This document shows positions 62,201 through 64,000 of a stretch of DNA of 64,000 bases, piece after piece. The DNA is from Neophaeotheca triangularis. Its lineage: Eukaryota. The notes beneath the pieces are model-generated. The model ran no database searches and was not told the origin of the DNA. It was given only the letters and a program-made list of their open reading frames with translations. The position numbers were made by a program, and so were the translations under genes. The stretch spans positions 186,001 through 250,000 of the forward strand of contig BAAIJX010000008.1 of assembly GCA_054600435.1 (NCBI GenBank), in the 5' to 3' direction. Each line of letters starts with the position of its first letter. Position 1 is the first letter of the stretch.

Positions 62201-63502
62201 TACTTTGGGTTCGCCGGCCGCTTAGCAAAGCTCGGAGTGAATGAGACCGCCGTCCTCCTTGATCATGACCTGTTGAGGCAATGTTTCGATCTACTGTACA
62301 CGCCATATTCCTCCTCGCTGAAGGCCGAGTACAGCGAGCTTCACAGCTATATTCAAGACAAAAGAGACAACTTGGAAGCCGTCTACGACTTTCTGGCACT
62401 CATTCTAGGCTCCCACGTGAATCTTACCAATGTTAGCACCGGTGAAGTAACTCCGGACGATGAGTTGCACATCGTTGGCCCAGATGGTTGTCTTCTGCGT
62501 CTGGCTGAACTCAATCCCTTGATCGAAATCCACAGCTTCTCTAAACCCTTTCGCCAGGAGATCATTCTCATTTCCAGGGGTTTGACCGCGTGCAGAGAGA
62601 AGATGTATTGGCAAGATTACTCTCCCGGCAAACTGATTGGCGTCCTGACGCAACTTCACGTTGACCATGCCATACGTACTCTCATGATGCAGGGCATCGT
62701 AGAACGCTACAAGAACTGGACCAACAACCTGGCACCGCTTCTGCAGTACACTCTTCACTATTGCAAAGCCAATGGGGACGATCAGAGCACTCAGATGCTG
62801 CTTGTCGAGCTGTCGAAAGAGATTGTAGCCTGGCCCAGCTACGAACCAGAGATGCTCACTTTCGCCGAGAAAGCCGTCGTGCTCGCACCTTGCAGCACGT
62901 TGTCGGCTTTCCAAATACTTTTGCTTGATCTCTTAAACCCCGCGAAAAGCAGAATCCCTCTCCGTCGCAGAGCAGAGAATTGGTACAAGCAGCATGTCTT
63001 CGATCCACCGACAATTAACCTTCCACCGACGGCAGCCACTGGCCCTCGTGCGGACGACGACAGTGTCGCCAGCGCTCCTCCTGTAGTAGGAACCCCATTC
63101 GACGTCAGCAGGATCCGGATTACAAGGTACCTCGTCGACAAATGCGCCACGCTGCTCACCAGCGCGCATCGCCAACGTTACGCTTCCAGAGACAAGTGGG
63201 ACCAGATGATCAACGCCATGCAAGAAGCCAAGAGCTACCTGGACCGCCTGAGCGCCGACAGGAAAACCAAACTCGTCTCGGGCGTGCAGCCATGCATGGG
63301 CCTCGTCGCAGAATCCAACGAAGCGTCGGGGACTTTGGTCAATCTCAACCGCCTTCTGGCTTCCCTGCGCAACTGGCAGCCTAACGATGACGACGAGACG
63401 CTTGCGTACGGCCTCCCTGTTGATGCTGTGTTGGAGACGGTTGAGTCGGATGATGACTCTCTTGCTTCCGACGAGACGGAGTATACTGATGAGCCCCTTT
63501 GA
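56255..63502 (+). CDS. Large USP-family ubiquitin carboxyl-terminal hydrolase (USP34/USP9/24-like)
   Basis: 2415 aa; Cys box GLSNLGQTCYMNSLLQQL, His box GVIVHLGSLDYGHYWSY and AYVLFYQR. Confidence 0.93.
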   Translation: MAPASPFAKQLDPGPRSLPTRDHADPDADTSPARKKMRLSEEADDNTASDNTAQINDMSNVATSVSPSPFFALGLPEPFLTATSLYDPWQCLKSSNPLSNYELANSGSSPESAITIAMDNPYSGSFRESALLPPLDEYRQVFLARDPLHPQIFDLFLEWLETHLSESSSDNSVQRLARYSADVPFFNTLGDTLKALLNRNTLFDLRPDQQRSVRLRMFEIYEHVAKLCLQLLPLLPGSLEGALSRRDSAQPSPKAPQDVPLFGYIDLLANLFRPSLRTTKCLLRDYDLNFDVLESKMRKEMVHNQDLFQTLTKIVAIISAKPSIIKGAWTALTSGLTILFRYPSWLATDGNNEIATDEVEELIQLSLSQVLPAVCREKPSSFSNELLLLCADGLSVFFADHCDGVDLDTALALYSCYARASGDHVLLGEKAGEGTENALRELCGDDAQVVLHMLRVAWTMQACKSYLQSDFMVTRTFGMKRMSEELVAVFHECAGKPAGTGLHPVLHYLVQFLRCNDLIGYIFSAKSHANLVSLSVDTVGFLAATSHYSNQDTDAIWQACTTSVEAEFVQASIKVLMATSRYLDVEQALHLAAKYIGIPLHSLDKTLVALLPNLYQSIWNGSERSGGAIAERSVLVPTEIARAVGARNTFEESSSANVILDSSLQYLSRYTASRYTQDDRKVIYERCAADIIGKTREASNSVRIVAKLFAQCQDPVVLDLLPPRSVVEEFCHFVDGFRSHESVVVQNACLHRLRLILYLINTGPKDEGKEESWSLLWDYAIGPQALNGACRDAAWIILLEASANDDLLRACLTTYVPTLSSQYVTPRLLDLLENSLKKQIVSECTNDFGNTLRLPQWSQLSRIVTEAPMQNISARAARIMNNAMYEFPLTLDNFEAIKGSVMECQVAAVRTEVDKLTGLKSFPEFFRHMTALKGMLSLSMSTRNMYDEQSATPHSIILNDYDKDSEDAFEVQLGMQGRRENMVVLAGSSSRLCDLHEVLRARFGIECKVFVGEQNVDLTSESPLADAGLRMSDALTIQPVLALDDDPDGLFASKTPVERELSDQYDRLQTHLDSSDEEIARETLDFLGRLRPSPSPRHQILATDKSPESMVPRDRTYRTAHTFVLMGRHLELLGQSGASDMCFKAKALQLILLFLSEPAGYSETLIVRAILALQGCLDAESNELAILSHVEQSTSFVRCLISTLQTALDRPASKARGKLLFEAYHTLLLACELHVEVWNAFIQRTDGGLVQTRLLLDLDKKAAELAGLRLNAFYTNQESDPSNHRSAAVWQMLIHHLPKALRCSDTAEDYYKILGDLASKQEFLTSNEDEVRDLIDSLRSKLFGMTHSETPEAPFPDSRIRGLMNILLQAVAILETFGTPIALQELSQELFVHLLWPKIDDQANRPLMAPESRQMALELVKKTCHGHEAHLNLVEVFQSAIDEISSSEQRRWLGRQEWIRSPSSNCGLSNLGQTCYMNSLLQQLFGNVGLRELILNTQVDDNPQHAVLRATQELFAEMQDSIVPWSNTEPLARLLSIQWDTQEDVHTFHSLFMTQLEDSMPDADTKSKFRGFFNGKALSQIRGACGHVSETAEAFGDLSVVVKNKANLHDSVDEFMQGEPMAGDNQYKCYTCDEANGTFVDAMKRNCLAEIPDNLAVCLKRFQFDDYGNNTKLNDRFEFPEDIDMSIYKKSHLMSPGQPHPTDLFRLVGVIVHLGSLDYGHYWSYVRLRGTPSHLADRWVRLEDRLASHSSFQEVQAQCFGDGTGTDSAYVLFYQRISSIEDDRELTVEPSTGGLAPPRVRVLPDIAERIASHNRWRQRIAQFHEPATVEFLHFLLQSLDSEPVSSEENSALQSQIARITTTYIMHVQFGNCLYADAKPIFEAITARATLNPLFAHHIIQSVKQGDIDMSRILNFDNYAVRELVYSLLLTCLDAVRQHSPNLYGFDNVSGVSRLLGDGDFGSIVKAHISSFHVLKRMPFWKYYFGFAGRLAKLGVNETAVLLDHDLLRQCFDLLYTPYSSSLKAEYSELHSYIQDKRDNLEAVYDFLALILGSHVNLTNVSTGEVTPDDELHIVGPDGCLLRLAELNPLIEIHSFSKPFRQEIILISRGLTACREKMYWQDYSPGKLIGVLTQLHVDHAIRTLMMQGIVERYKNWTNNLAPLLQYTLHYCKANGDDQSTQMLLVELSKEIVAWPSYEPEMLTFAEKAVVLAPCSTLSAFQILLLDLLNPAKSRIPLRRRAENWYKQHVFDPPTINLPPTAATGPRADDDSVASAPPVVGTPFDVSRIRITRYLVDKCATLLTSAHRQRYASRDKWDQMINAMQEAKSYLDRLSADRKTKLVSGVQPCMGLVAESNEASGTLVNLNRLLASLRNWQPNDDDETLAYGLPVDAVLETVESDDDSLASDETEYTDEPL

Positions 63503-64000
63503 TTGAGGATGGGGAAGAGGTGGGTTTTGAAGAACGAGTCATGCGCGACGAGTAGGGATTGATACGAAGGAATGAGGCACGAATGGATGAGGCGTTGGTG
63601 TTTCCGAGGTGACGGCGAGTGCTTCGGTGCTGTACTATTAACGCCGTCGCTTCAGGTAGTATCTTAGCATACCGCCTGAGTGTATTACTTTTTCAAGATT
63701 ACTCGGAAAGTCTTTGAGCTCGTCGAGGTGATTGCGGTCTTCTGTGAAGCTTCGAGCTTATTTAGAGTGTCAGATGTCTCGTCTGAAAAGTTCGCTGGCT
63801 TACCGGGACAATCATGTGCTGCTTGCACATTTATATCTTTCCAAACTCGAAGTACAGAACTTCTCCGAATCTTCGTAATCTACCTGGCTGACTACGATAT
63901 CGGAAATCGTAACGGTTCTGTTTTTCCAGGTCAAACACCCTTATGAGTTATAAGGAAGATTGGGATTTCGATCTGGCGGTCCAGTCAGGATTCCCATAAT

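Overview
Gene-dense window from a filamentous ascomycete genome. This is inferred from the short GT..CTAAC/CTGAC..AG introns and the gene content; a Dothideomycete origin is a guess. About 20 protein-coding genes are supported: a 5'-truncated PPR-like protein, a CLC chloride transporter, CWC15, RRP45, an EBP/EXPERA protein, an Est1/SMG7-like protein, FHIP/RAI16-like, CBP3, DUF3431, KHA1, CSN6, an NAD(P)-binding oxidoreductase, mitochondrial mL46, POP3, a USP34-like deubiquitinase and several orphans. The stand-out is non-coding. At 52.9-54.3 kb there is a tandem array of four ~270-375 nt structured units. Each unit is closed by a long interrupted stem whose sequence differs between copies while pairing is kept (compensatory changes), and each carries a tRNA T-loop/B-box hairpin. 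A separate pre-miRNA-like hairpin at 15.9-16.0 kb has a perfect 23-bp stem and the same basal GCAGCTACGG motif with an upstream intron-like segment. Together these suggest an undescribed family of splice-site-linked hairpin ncRNAs, possibly small-RNA precursors. All structures were paired by eye, and no expression evidence is available.
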